DNA of 63,391 nucleotides, the filler included, from Olpidium bornovanus S191 (taxonomy: Eukaryota > Fungi > Olpidiomycota), in NCBI GenBank assembly GCA_017911155.1. It is 30 parts of 30 records of this genome, joined end to end, with 100 filler letters (N's around TTAATTAATTAA, not from the genome) between each part and the next. Parts side by side here need not be neighbours in the genome. Positions count along the whole stretch, not along the records: positions 24,267 to 25,953 come from JAEFCI010013093.1; positions 26,054 to 27,099 come from JAEFCI010003373.1; positions 27,200 to 29,456 come from JAEFCI010005498.1; positions 29,557 to 33,580 come from JAEFCI010002619.1; positions 33,681 to 35,461 come from JAEFCI010011604.1; positions 35,562 to 36,658 come from JAEFCI010001521.1; 24 more parts are not named here. One strand, written 5' to 3'. The notes under the pieces were generated by a model. It did no database searches and was not told the DNA's origin. It saw only the letters and a list, made by a program, of their open reading frames with translations. Positions 24,267 through 36,533 of the stretch are shown one piece after another. The translations under genes and the position numbers were made by a program. The first letter of the stretch is position 1, and each line of letters opens with the position of its first letter.

Positions 24267-25919
24267 CCGCCCGCCAGGACATACCGCTGCGATTCATACA
24301 ACCGGATTTCCGTGACGAAGGGCTTGTGGTCTCTAGGCGACACCCGTTTCCCAATGGCCAGGCGGGCTCTCCTCGCGTTGTCGCGGATCCGCTCCGAGAA
24401 ATACGGCGCGAACGTCGTCACCGCCGCGCGAGCCACGGCGGTGTTGGCGACGATGGCGAGCAGGCCGGCCGTGAGCGCCAGGTAATTCCACGGGACGACC
24501 GAGCAAACGAGAATAGTGACGGGCACCGCGGCCAGCACCTTCTTGGCCGCAGCAATAGTCGCGCGGTCGTCTGACCAGTCCAGCACTTTGAGCCGCGCTT
24601 CCGCGGCGTCGTAAACGTCGCAGAAGCGTCCCATGGAGTTCTGGATGCACTGCAGATTTTTCTTGTACTGCGCCATGTCCGCCGTCGGCATCAGTAAAGG
24701 CGCTGCGGAGGAACCGGCGCCGCCGCCCGCGAGCGCCCGCGCCCGCGCGTAGTAGTTGTTGCAGATGATGTACAGCACCATAATGTGCGGAAAAATGAAA
24801 AACAGCAAGGGACGTAGACCTGGGCCGACAGGTGGGGGTCACAAAAGCGACGTGAGTTTCTGAAAAAAATCCGAGTCCTGTTCGCGGGTAACAGTACGGG
24901 AAAGGCCTGTCCGATACCGCACAGGCTCACACAGAATAATCCACAAAACGGCGAACAACAACGTGGCAGCGGGGTTTTCCCACGCCAAGATCCCCTCGAC
25001 CGCCGCCTGGAACGCAAACACCGGCGTGGCGCGCGCCACGAAGCGCGAGAAGTTTTTTGGCGTCGTCGAGAGCAAGCTTAGAGATTGGTTCTGGAGGGCA
25101 CTGGCCCGCCGGTCTTCCAATTGGTTTTTCGCCGTGGAGATCTGTGTAAGACGAGTCCGGCTGTTGTTAGTTCGGGCGTGCGGTTTCCGAAAAAGAACTT
25201 TGGCCTCCTCACAAACAAGTCCTGCACGAGGCCACCGGCGGAGATCGTCGAATTTCGCGGTATAGCGTGGGAACGGGGCGCATGCAGCACGGTTTCTCCG
25301 CTCGCGACGATCGTAGAGGTCGATACGGACGGGAGCGAAAGCCGTCGCGTCAAAGCTCTATCGTTCACGGCGCCGACGGCAGCAGAAGCGGCAGCGGAGA
25401 TCCCGTTGCTGCCGTCTAGACTCGAGGGCGACGCACGCCGGCCTTTGCACGGCACGCTGGATGAGAGCGCATTTTCGCAGCGTCTGTGACACGCCGCGCC
25501 GCAGACTGTTTTTCGGGAAAAAGAGACGGTGCAGGTACCACACGAGGGGCGGGGATCTCTCAATAACAAAAAAAAAAAAAAAAAAAAAAAAGAGGGCGCC
25601 AAATCTTGCGTACAGAGCCGACGGCGTTTTTTTTTTTTTTTTTATTGGCCACGACGAAGGCCGCGGCGTTTGCCTCACCCGTACACTGCAGGCCCTGCCT
25701 GGCCAGTCCCCATAGCAGCTTCCAGCAGTGGGCGCAATGCGTGGGCTTTGTGAATGTCGCCTCGCCCATGGCGTGTCCGGCAGGATCGCTGCTGCGATCC
25801 GCCGAAGGGTTTTCGGAGCCGCCGCAGGCCGGCGCGCTGCTGGCTGCTGCCGCTGCTGCTTCGTTCGTACCCGCGAGCGACGGGGAAAGATTCCCCGCCC
25901 CGTTTACGGAACCCATCAT
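24267..25919 (-). CDS. Pex23/Pex29/Pex30-family peroxin (Pex24p domain) with an N-terminal C1 zinc finger, spliced, 3' partial
   Basis: C1 domain HAMGEATFTKPTHCAHCWKLLWGLARQGLQCT|VCGAACHRRC. Peroxin segments LSLLSTTPKNFSRFVARATPVFAFQAAVEGILAWENPAATLLF, YKKNLQCIQNSM and LDWSDDRAT. The dysferlin-like start EIRLYESQR is cut by the contig end. Confidence 0.85.
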
Positions 25920-26108
25920 AGGCGGAGGAGCGGGGGGGGGGGGGAAGGGGCGCNNNNNNNNNNNNNNNNNNNNNNNNNNNNNNNNNNNNNNNNNNNNTTA
26001 ATTAATTAANNNNNNNNNNNNNNNNNNNNNNNNNNNNNNNNNNNNNNNNNNNNAACAGAATTTTTTTTTTTTTTTTTTTTTCCCCTTTTTTCTTTTTTTT
26101 TTTTTTTG

Positions 26109-26159
<51 letters not shown>

Positions 26160-26352
26160 CTTTTCTGCGAAGCGGGAGTGAAGTGTGCCGTACGCGCATA
26201 TACGCTATCTTGTCTCGCTGACCAACCCCCGCGACCACAACGTAGATCCAGCCTCACGCCGCCCGCAGCCGAAGGCCTGCCCGCCGGCGCTGGTGTAGTA
26301 AGGGCGCCAGAGTAGGCCGGACTTCGGCAAAGCGGAAGTGACGCTGGCCGGT

Positions 26353-26898
26353 ATGGGGGAACGCCGCGGCGTCGACGCCGTCGCTGCCGCTGTCGCCGAC
26401 CCCGAGCGCGACCGCCAGAGCGGGCCGGCAAAAGAAGGCGCGCCGGTTGGCGGCGGCGCGCAGGTGCGGACGAGCGCCGCGGAACGGCCGGCCGCCCCTG
26501 CGAACGCCGCCGATCCGGCGTCCGAAGAAGGCCGCGCGACGACCGCAGGGCCGGGCGGCAGCGGTGGTTCGCCCGCGCCCCCGGGTGGCGCCGCCAGGGA
26601 CCGGGGAGGCGGCGGCGGCGGCGAGCGCGGGCGCAGCGCGCCGGCGGAGAGCAGCGGCGCCGAGCCGCGAGCGGCGAGCGAGGGGCGCGTTCTGGCTGAG
26701 GACGACGAGAACGCGGCGGCCGGCGAGCCGGCGACGGGCGAGGAGACCAGCGACGGCGACGAAGAAGAGGAAGAGGAAGAAGACGAGGAAGAGGAAGAGG
26801 AAGAGCCGAAGCTGAAATTCCGCAGACTGGGAAACGCCACGGCGGCGCTTTTGAAAAAAGACGCGGCCAGCTCCGTGGCCGTGTCGGCGAGATTTGTG
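26353..26898 (+). CDS. VPS41: HOPS subunit Vps41, first exon
   Basis: An acidic tract is followed by EEEPKLKFRRLGNATAALLKKDAASSVAVSARFV (compare Vps41 EEEPKLKYERL...KDAASCMTVHDKF), then a GT donor at 26899. Confidence 0.9.
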
Positions 26899-26981
26899 GT
26901 GGGTGGTTCCCAGATCGTTCGACGTGAAACCCGTCCGGTCCGCACGAACTTTTTTCCTTTTTCTTTTTTTTCTGTTTTTTC

Positions 26982-27099
26982 TTTTTCTTCTTTTTCTTCT
27001 TTTTCTTCTTTTTCTTCTTTTTCTTCTTTTTCTTCTTTTTCTTCTTTTTCTTCTTTTTCTTCTTTTTCTTCTTTTTCTTCTTTTTCTTCTTTTTCTTCT
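26982..27099. repeat. (TTTTTCTTC)n 9-bp microsatellite, about 13 copies, in the VPS41 intron at the contig end
   Basis: Read directly from the sequence. Confidence 0.97.
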
Positions 27100-27642
27100 N
27101 NNNNNNNNNNNNNNNNNNNNNNNNNNNNNNNNNNNNNNNNNNNTTAATTAATTAANNNNNNNNNNNNNNNNNNNNNNNNNNNNNNNNNNNNNNNNNNNNT
27201 CATGATGTGTGTGCGTGTGTGTGATGAGTCTGTGCGGGTGCTTGGGCTCAGCGGCGAACGGGCGAAGGGGGAACGAAGGGAGGGAGGGGCGATTTTTTTA
27301 TTTTTTTTATTTTTTTCGTTCTTCTTTCTTCGACCGCAGAGAAAAATTAATTCCTTTTGCGTAAACAGAGAGAAGAAGATTTTTTTTTCCCTTTTGTTCG
27401 GCCGCTCGTTCTCTTCTCCCTTTCTCCCTCCTCTTTCTCTCTTTTTCCCGCGGCGTGTGCGTTCCTGCCGGTTTCTCGGCCGTCGGAAGGAAAAACCTCC
27501 CGCGCATCCTCGTTCGTCCGGCGACGCGTTGGTTCTCGGCGCTCGACGAGGGACTAGACCGGCGAAGGGCGGCGAGGACGACGGAGGACGAAAACGCCGT
27601 CTGCGATCGTCCGACGGGAAGCAGAAAAGGAAGAAGGGAACC

Positions 27643-29456
27643 ATGGTTAAAAAAAAGAGCGGCCGGGCCATGAACCCGGCGGACACCCACCGTGAGTTTT
27701 GTTTCGACGGCCCGCCGTCCCTCCCCTGGGTGTCCCCACTTTTTTATTTTATTTCCCCCTCTCCTCGACGGCCACCTCGGCCATTTTTCGTCTCGCGCTG
27801 CCTTGTGCTCAATCGCCTTTGCGACGTTCTCGGGCGACGCGTTGCGCTTCACGTATATCTATTTCCAGGGAAGGAGCAGCGGAAAAAAGAGATCAAGAAG
27901 GTGCGTGTTCACCGCGCTGCTACCACATTGATTTTTTTTTTTTGGGGGGGAAGGGGTAGACGTTATGGAAACTGCATTGCTCAGCTTGCGGGTTTGGGAG
28001 TTGTTACCTCACGCCAAACTCTTGTTCGGCCTTCCTCTCCGCGTGACGCAGAATAAAGCCGAGCGGACGCGCGTCCGCAAGGTCGCTCTTGCCCTCAAGG
28101 ACACGACGAAAATCGAGGCGGAGCTCGCAGAGCTCAAGGAGCGGGCCCGCCACGGCCGTCTGGACAAGAATACGCTCGCGAAGAAGCAGCAGCTCGAGGA
28201 AAAGCTTCAAAAAATGATCGAGGCAAAGACGGTAAACCCGAGTTTTAAACTCGAGCCCGTTTTTGTTTTTTTTTTGTTTCCTGCGCCGTGCCCTCTTTCG
28301 GTGCAGGAAACTTCTCTGCTGACAAAAAAGCTCACGGAGGGGAACGGGGTTGGCAACAGGAACTTGGAATCAAGTACGAACCGAAATCTCCGCAAAAGAG
28401 GGCAGTAGGCGCCTCATCGTCGGTGCGCGAGCGCGATCCGAAGAGGTCTGTCTACTACCACCCGTTTCTGAATCCGCTGGGGGCTCCACCGCCCGGGAAA
28501 CCCTGGCGTGAGATTGGTATGCATACATCATTCTTCCGGTTCTTTTTTCGGTTAGGATTTTGCCGGGCTGGTATCTTCTGACGCTTGCTTTCACAGACGA
28601 CGGGACAGTGCCGTGTCCGCAGTCGCCGAAGGGCGGCGACCGGGAAACCAGTAGCGACGAAGACGACAGCGGATCGGACTCGTCTGAAGAAGGTACTGAT
28701 ACGGATGAAGAGGTTAGGCCAGAAGGTACGGTTAAATGCCGTCTTTTTCTGACTTCGTCTCCTTAAAAGTTTTGAGGTTAGAAGACCTGATTTTTGAACC
28801 CAGGCGAAAAGGAGGAAACCGCTCCAGAAGGGCCGTCGGAATCAGCGGGTTTGACTGCAGCGCAATCATCTGCATTGCCGTCCGCGGCGCCTTCACCAGT
28901 CAATCTGCATGTGCCGCCGGCGTTGCCGCCGGGACAGCGGCCGGAAAATCGGCGGAACCTGTTTGCTGAGCTTCCGGAGCACCCGGCCATTATCTTCAAC
29001 AGAAGCGCGCAGTCTCGACCGCCGCTCAGGCCGCCGTACATGCCAGCGCCGCCTGCAGGGTGCCCCCGCCCGCCGCTGCCGGTAATGCTTGGAAACATGC
29101 CCCCTCCGATGATGTTGGGAAACATGCCCTTGCCGATGGGACAACCATATCCCCCCCTTGGTCCTGGAGGCCCCTACCAGCCAGCAGTGGTGCCGCACAT
29201 GCCGCCTCCAATAACGCGACCGCCAAATGTGGCGTGCGCTCCATCATTTGGTGTGTTTCTCGTTTCCTGAGTCGTTTCCTGCGCGATGCTGCGTGCTGTG
29301 GAAAGATTGACTTCAGACTTTGAACAGCCCCGCACGTCATGCCTTCGACGTCTTCCGGACAATTGATTCCACCAACTTATGACCAACGACCATCGCCTCC
29401 GGCCGCGCCTCCTGGCCCGTTTGCGATCCACGCCCGCCCGCCTGGAATTGCTACCA
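27643..29456 (+). CDS. WBP11: WW domain-binding protein 11 (splicing factor), spliced, 3' partial
   Basis: MVKKKSGRAMNPADTHR|KEQRKKEIKK|NKAERTRVRKVALALKDTTKIEAEL matches the Wbp11 domain. It continues with SVYYHPFLNPLGAPPPGKP and a Pro-rich C-terminal part. Confidence 0.92.
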
Positions 29457-29556
29457 NNNNNNNNNNNNNNNNNNNNNNNNNNNNNNNNNNNNNNNNNNNN
29501 TTAATTAATTAANNNNNNNNNNNNNNNNNNNNNNNNNNNNNNNNNNNNNNNNNNNN

Positions 29557-32500
29557 CATGAACCGCCAGGACGCCGCACGCATTTGGCCTCGGAAAGAAG
29601 TAACGGCCGGACCTTGGTAGCGAGTTTCGGCTGGCCGACCTTGTACGCGGTTTTCGCGATCTCAGCGTACCCGAGGTACGGCTTGTTCGCCAACCGCTCG
29701 GTAATGACACGACAAACAGTGTCTTCGTCGACGACAGATTTTTTGACCTACAGTCAATTCGAGAGTCCGCAAAAAAGGAGAGAGAGAGAGAGGAGAGCGA
29801 GAGATAGAGAGAGAAAGGCTTCAGCATTGAAATCAAAACTCAACGTATTTTTACGGCGCGTTAAGTTCTTACTTTCGCACAAGCCCAGTGAATCAGCACT
29901 CGGTCAGTCCGCATTTTCAGATACTCGCAGATCCGCACCGCGAGAAGGTGATGATGACGGTTCATAAGCCGTGCAATTAGTGCGTCCGGTGTGAGGCGAG
30001 CGTATCTGCAACCAGCGAAGCGGCTTCAGTTTGCAATACGAACAAAAAAAACTTCTACCTACTCCGCAAACTTCCAGGTCACTCACTGAGTCGTTGTGAG
30101 CGGTATTCCGACTTCGTAGTACCTGACGGCGTTGAGCACCCGCAAGGTCTGAACCATGCTGACAAAATTATCCGCGTCGTAAAGGTCCAGGAAGAACTTT
30201 CCAAACGAAGCCGCCTGGGAGTCCAGTTCCTCCATAAGCAAACCCTGTACATCAAGCCCGCAAAATGACCTGATTTCGTGCGAACCTTGAGCAATGATCT
30301 CTGGTACCGTTGCGAAAATTCGTGCCCAGCAGCTTCAATGCACACGTCGACAGCCTCCGTCAAATCTGTCCGTATGTTTCGGATGTTCTCGTCGACCTTC
30401 GGGCTCTTTTTCTGAGCAGGTTCACAGAATGTGTCCAATATCAGCCCTTTTACTCTTGCCTCCTCATTTCTTTTTTTTTTTTTCCGACCGCTCCAAGAGG
30501 GAATCGCCGGGCGATCCTCGTCCAATCTGCACCTCAAAATGTTCCAGTGCGTCGTACAACATTGCAGCCGGTGCGGTAGACCCGACTTTGAAGACGTCTT
30601 CCGTCGCGTCCGGCACCTTCTGGAGAAACTCGCACTTGTCCGGTCCAACGATCCGTACTCCATCGATTTCCGGTATCACATGTACGTGATCGTCATACTC
30701 GTACTTCAACCAGTCCCCAAACGGTCCCACCATGAGAAGCGTGCGATGGAACTGCATCACAACAGAATCCGTCGCGCACCTTGGACGGCAGACCCATTAA
30801 ACCGGAAAAAAAACGCCAGATTAATAACTGCAGCGTAGCCCCGGCTCGCGGGTGTCGTTCCTCACCAAACAAGCGCCGAAGGCGGTTCTTTTGACTTCGT
30901 GTCGAATTCGGTCAGGTTCTGCTGGAAATCCATCGACACTACCAGAAGTTTGCCCTCGAACGTGAACAGTGCGAGAAATTTTCCGTTCGGGGACACTGCC
31001 ATTTTGGTGAACGGGCCTTGTTGAAGATACTGAGCACAGGGCAAAAACAAAAAAAAACAACGTGCGCATATTGTCACAGGCAACGTTCCCCTATAACTTG
31101 CTGAATTCCGCAAACGAATTCGGCGCTCTAACCGGCGCAAGCGTACTTGGTCTTGCACGTCCTGAGCATCTACGATCAAGATAGTCCCCCGCGTGGCAAG
31201 GTACACTTCGACGTGCCCGCTGAAGGTGTACTGCGGAGGCACGATAGTCCACGAATGCGGAGGCTCGTCAAGCCCTGCAAACGACAGGCGTGGAAAAAAA
31301 CGAAACATGAGCCGGGGGGTGTACGCCCGCATCAGGGTCCGACCATCAAAAGCGAACCAGGATCGGCCATAATCCGAGGCCTCGGCTCGTTGAAATTTGG
31401 CACGGATATCAGCTTGAAATTCCCGGTCATCGCCACCATCCCGTTTCCCCAGATCTGGCATTCGACAACCAAATGGTCGCTCGCTTCCTTATCGGGATCG
31501 CGAGATTAGAGTCCGGAATGCAGAGCCAAAAGAAAAACCCAATCGTTATATTTACCTTCTAGAGTCACTTACTTTTCCAAGGGAGAACTGAGAAAACTCC
31601 CCGTGCACATCATATATCCGGACCGTGCCATCCTCTTGCACGCATACGAATTGCTCGGCGTCCGTCCAGCCCATACCGACGGTCCGACCCTTGTCCCACT
31701 AAGACGTAGCGTTGCGAGCAGTGCCCGACAAGCTTCAGGAGACGGAACAAGTACTCGGCACTTTGCGGATTTTCCCCGGCATCGGCCGTGGAGATTCGCG
31801 CCGTTCTCACCACTCATACACGCCCTGTCCCCACCTCCACCCACTCCCCTCAACCCGACCAGCGCACGCACAGGAATCTGTGACATCAGTCTACCAGCCG
31901 AAGTGTAGATGTAAATCACCGGAAGTGCCGACTGCTGCTTGTTTAACAGCAGGAGCTTGCGATCGTCGCGAATCATCGCTGGACGGGAAACCAACCGGCA
32001 GATTTGCGAAAGGTGAGGGAAGTAAACCCGCGTTCGACAATCTTGACTGGGGGGCGTTTGAGTGCAGGCGTGGGCCGCCAAGCACGCGCCTACATGGCGG
32101 ACCCCATGCCTGTCCGTTCCTTACCGATAGGCCCGCCGAACGGGCAGCCCGAAACGGCAAAGGCGGACAGGTCCAGCTGTTTCCACGATAGCGAGTATAT
32201 TTCCTGTTTCCTGAGGGCACGGTTTGGGGCGCGGAAAATATCAGCCGCTTGCCCGCGCCCGAGCCTCGAGAAGGGCGATATGTGTGGGCCGCTTTGCGCC
32301 CTCTTCCCCCACCGCCCCGCCCACGCCAGCGGAGCGCTTTTGCGGAAGGCGCCGCCCGGCACGAATACGAGACGGTCCACGTAACGCGCACTCTCGCGGG
32401 CCGCGCGCGAACCGCCGTTAAAACCAAGGCGTCGGTTCGCGGCGAAACGGCCGAGGCGGGTCCGACCGCGCGACTCGATCGCGTCCGCCGCGGGGAGGCT

Positions 32501-32701
32501 TCCCCTCCCCTGACTAGGGCAGGCCGTTTTCAGATCCGCCGCGGAGGGTCTCCTCTGTCCGGCTCCGCGCGCGGCCCCTCTGGCGCCCCGTTCCCCGCGC
32601 GCCCGGTGTTTTGCCTTGAACCGTCTGCGCAAATTTCACCTGTAGAACTTGTCCTGCAGCTGGTCCCAGTGGGTGCTTGTGACCGACGGAAGGGCGGTCA
32701 T
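29557..32701 (-). CDS. VPS16: CORVET/HOPS subunit Vps16, multi-exon, 3' partial
   Basis: [21 protein letters not shown]|KQEIYSLSW...[44 protein letters not shown]...[24 protein letters not shown]...LLK|[14 protein letters not shown] and [17 protein letters not shown]. Confidence 0.97.
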
Positions 32702-33443
32702 TTTTCCCCGCTCCTCTCTCGCTATCGTTTTTTTTTTCTTTTTTTTTCTCGTTTTGTGAACAGGGCCGGGAGACCCGTTGCTGGGGAAGTTGCTCGTAAG
32801 AGGAAAGAGCCCTTACAAAAAAAAAAAAAAAAAAAAAAAAAAAGGCTCTCATTATGCGGTCCCCGTTTCACCCGCCCCGCAGCCACCCGCACCCCCCGCA
32901 CACTCAACCCCTAATTACCGCCAATTGCGCACGGCGCCGGAAAGATTCTTCTGCGCAAATTTGGATTCCGCTGGCGCATTCGGCGAATCTGGCTAATTGT
33001 CCCTCATGCGGCGTGCTCTCCGTCTGGAATGGAAAGCTCCACGGTTCCTCCGGAGGGACTGCCGCGGGGCGGTGGGGCATTGAGCCGCGTTGAATCCCGC
33101 TGCCGTTGTCGTCATCCTGGCCTCCCTCCCTTTCGGCGAAGCTCACCGGGCGGGATTTGGCGCCTTTCTTCATCGGCCGCATTTCAAATTTCCAATCCAT
33201 TCTGTTCCGGGCGGATCTCATGTTTCCAACAAGGGGCCCCCGGCCGTCTATAGTCCCTAATACTGTGCCGCACTTCAATAGCGGTACCAATACCAATATG
33301 GTGCATGATAGATAGCATATAATGTAATATTGCATTATACTATATAATAAAATAAACCAAGGTGATTAGTAGTGCAATACCTATAATCGCTCGTACCCGT
33401 GCTCGTGTAACTCATAGAAGCCCATCTGCAAAGTTGTCCCGAT

Positions 33444-33531
33444 CGGCTCCTCGAATTCCCCAGGATCCATTTGGCCCTGTAACGGTGCGGCTCCTCGAAT
33501 TCCCCAGGATCCATTTGGCCCTGTAACGGTG
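33444..33531. repeat. Perfect 44-bp tandem duplication
   Basis: CGGCTCCTCGAATTCCCCAGGATCCATTTGGCCCTGTAACGGTG occurs at 33444-33487 and 33488-33531. Confidence 0.97.
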
Positions 33532-33680
33532 GATTAAATGGCTAAACTGTCGAGGGAGGGCTGCCGTACGATACAGCATGNNNNNNNNNNNNNNNNNNNN
33601 NNNNNNNNNNNNNNNNNNNNNNNNTTAATTAATTAANNNNNNNNNNNNNNNNNNNNNNNNNNNNNNNNNNNNNNNNNNNN

Positions 33681-34059
33681 CATGGCGAGTACCAAACCAT
33701 TTCCCGAACGTGCGCTTCGTGCTCGGGAAGGATTGTGAAGATTAACGCCCGTTGTTTTTCAGTGTCTGTCATATCCAGAGGCCAGAAGTGCAACTCAAAC
33801 GTTTTCAAATACGCCGTAACGTTCCGCAACTTAAAGTATTCGTGTTTGCCAATAAACTCTCGCAGCGCTGTCTGAATCTCATTTATCCGAAAAGTCTCCT
33901 CTGATGTACTTGGGTTGCCAAACGCAGTTCCTCAACTCGTAGTGACGTGGCTGCCGAAGCAGCTTCGGTTGCACCCAAAGCCAGAGCATTGATCCCTAGC
34001 GGTAACCGTAACCGCTATGGGCTACTGTCCCGTACTCCCTCCTTTTCTAGTTCTGCCAT
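33681..34059 (-). mobile_element. Degenerate LTR-retrotransposon (probably Ty3/Gypsy) Gag-like fragment
   Basis: MAELEKEGVRDSSP*RLRLPLG... then a frameshift to EIQTALREFIGKHEYFKLRNVTAYLKTFELHFWPLDMTDTEKQRALIFTILPEHEAHVREM. This resembles the F-x2-x-NVT-x-[FY]L-x2-[FY]E Gag start I recall from fungal and algal Gypsy elements. The rest of the contig has no recognisable gene. Confidence 0.45.
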
Positions 34060-35240
34060 CTCGAACAGTCGGCTTCAGTTGTCACTTGCGATGGCTCGTC
34101 CCTTTCTTCGCTGTCGTACGCCGAAAATGTCACGTCACCTAGCACAGACAACCGGACTCTCCATTGCCTGTCCTGCCCGGGAGCGCCAGCTTTTGGAAAA
34201 ATAGGCGAGCAGTTATAGACAGGCAGCGCCGGGCCTTGTAAAACGTTCTTGTTCCAGTTTTTCCACCAAAAAATCCAATACTCGATATCTGAACTCCAGT
34301 TCTCTCAAGTTTCCTCGTTTGCTCTCTTTCTCTCTTTCGCTCTTACTCTTCCGGTGGTTCGTTCCGCTCTACGGTTCTCACGCCGCTCGTGGACGTGTTC
34401 ATTCTACCCTATGAAGTTTTTGCCGCGCTTGGGCATTCGGGAAGTCGCTACGGAATGTAGGAAAAGGGGGGGAAATTTCCTTGTTCCTTTTGGGGAGACC
34501 GTTGTTGTAGTAGTTTTGTACTTTAATCAGAAAGCGAAGTTAGTCGTTAAGCCCCAGTGCTTCTCTAAGGCTTGAAGAGTAAATGCAAATGACAGGGAAA
34601 GACCGCTTCGCTCTCTTTCTCTTCCTCTCGAACTCCCCGGGCGATCCGCTGGTTCCGTCCTGTTTGTTCTCGTCCTCTATTCCTTTATCTCTCTCTGGTC
34701 TAAACCAACTCAAACTGACACGTCCTCGTTTTAGGAAACGGTGGGGCTTACTGAGCTCGCTCTCTTCTGCTCTCCTTCCCCCCCGAGGTTTTTGTATACC
34801 AATTGGCAGCCCTCAACATTGCCCTTTTCCGCCACTGTGTCTTTTCTCCGCCCACGCGTCACGCGTTGTGTCCACGCGTTTTATTTCTTTTCTGCAGCTC
34901 GGTTCCGCGGCAAAATGAGTCGATATTTTGGGCCCCTTCTCCTTCTCGACGTGTTCCCCTCTCGGTCCCTACCCGCACGGCCCCCCTCCTTCCTCACCCA
35001 TTCCGCCAACGTGCCTGGAAATTCTTCCACACCGAAAGAGACTGGAAGAAACAAAGCTTTGAGAAGGGCGGTGCTGTAGCACGGCCCTCGAACCGCCGTC
35101 TTTGACCGACGCCACGGCGGGCGAAGGGCGGCGGGCGAAGGGCGCGGAGCAAAGGGCGAGAGGCGGTCGAAGGGCGGAAGCGGCGGCGGTATTGAGGGCA
35201 GGACTTCCCCCGAAGCCGGGGGTCGACCAATAGAATAGTC

Positions 35241-35319
35241 CCCCTCAAAGCCTGCCAATCGAAGAGCGCTTCCCCCCTTCCCCCCCTCGAAGCCCGCCAA
35301 TTGAAGAGCTTCCCCCTTG
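35241..35319. repeat. Degenerate direct repeat (about 40 bp x2) upstream of the Gag-like frame
   Basis: CCCCTCAAAGCCTGCCAATCGAAGAGCGCTTCCCCC versus CCCCTCGAAGCCCGCCAATTGAAGAGCTTCCCCC. It may be internal to an LTR (inference). Confidence 0.7.
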
Positions 35320-35838
35320 CCCACTCCCCCCCCCAGCACCACACGTGGGAACCCCCGCCAACCATAACCCCCTCCCGACTACCCCCCGCATCCCACTGCA
35401 CGCAAAAGTTCGGAGCCCCGCGTGGTAACCGCGCGGGAAGGGACCGGACGCACCGTGTCGANNNNNNNNNNNNNNNNNNNNNNNNNNNNNNNNNNNNNNN
35501 NNNNNTTAATTAATTAANNNNNNNNNNNNNNNNNNNNNNNNNNNNNNNNNNNNNNNNNNNNCATGGAAAACCAATGAGCGCAAACGCTCCGCGCTTCACG
35601 GGGTGAGGTGAATTGACCGGGCTCGTGGGTTCTTCTTCTTCACCCCGCAACCCAACGGGTCCGGACGAACAGCAGCAACAGGGGATTGTGCGAAAAGAGT
35701 TGACGTTTCGTGTTTTGTGCCTTATCTGTGCGGGACGTGGTGGGGCGAAATGAAAGGGGTCGAAGCATTGTTCTTTTTTTTTCCGTTTGTCAGTTTGGAC
35801 GTGTGCCCGTCCGGAACACTGCTTCTGGTCATTGTGCC

Positions 35839-36533
35839 TCAGTCCTTCTTCAGAGCCGGGACAGACGCCGAAGATGGCGGCAGCTTCGCGGATCCCGAGA
35901 ACTCCCGCTTGCCGCGCTGCTGCTGTGAAACAGCGTTGAAAACGCTGAGGGCCTGCGATTGCGAGGGGAAATCCGCCAAACAAAACATCAGTGCAAAAAC
36001 AACCGTGCGCGAGCCCACTCACCGCCAGAAAGAAACTAAATCCTCACCTGCACGACCATATTGCTGGCGTCGTTAACGCCAGCCGGCACAATGACCGTCG
36101 TCCCCTCCTTGGCGATCATGCCGAAGGCTTCAATGTACTTCTCTGCAATGGTCATCGCTACGGCATCTTGGCCACCCGAGGCCTTTATTGCCTCGGCAAT
36201 CCACTGAATGCCGGTCGACGACGCCCGCGCCCGGAGCAGGATGGCCTCCGAGTCTCCTGTCGCCATGTTGATCTTTTCGGCCTTATCGGCCTCCGAGGCC
36301 AAGATTGTTGCCTGCTTGCGCCCCTCGGCCACGTTGATGGCCGCCTGCCGGGAACCTTGGTTGATTCAAGCGCGCGGGATGATGAGAAGAAAAGCGGGCC
36401 TCTTCCACGCAGGTCCGGCGGCGACGGTAACGGACCCACCCTCCGACTCCAGAATCTGGGCCCGCTTCGTTCGCTCGGCTGAGACCTGCTGGTGCATGGA
36501 CTCGACCACGCGGACGGGCGGTTGTATGTCACC
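35839..36533 (-). CDS. STOML2: Stomatin-like protein 2 (SPFH/band-7), C-terminal exons
   Basis: DIQPPVRVVESMHQQVSAERTKRAQILESEG|SRQAAINVAEGRKQATILASEADKAEKINMATGDSEAIL...AEKYIEAFGMIAKEGTTVIVP. The last exon ends KKD with TGA at 35839. Confidence 0.93.

Noticed and set aside
33444-33531. Cloning-vector polylinker (EcoRI + BamHI sites)
   Set aside because: Only two 6-bp sites, the surrounding sequence does not match a polylinker I recognise, and no other vector parts are present.
19765-33580. Apparent functional clustering of PEX10 with the Pex23-family gene, and of VPS41 with VPS16
   Set aside because: Each gene is on a separate contig joined by artificial linkers, so adjacency carries no linkage information.
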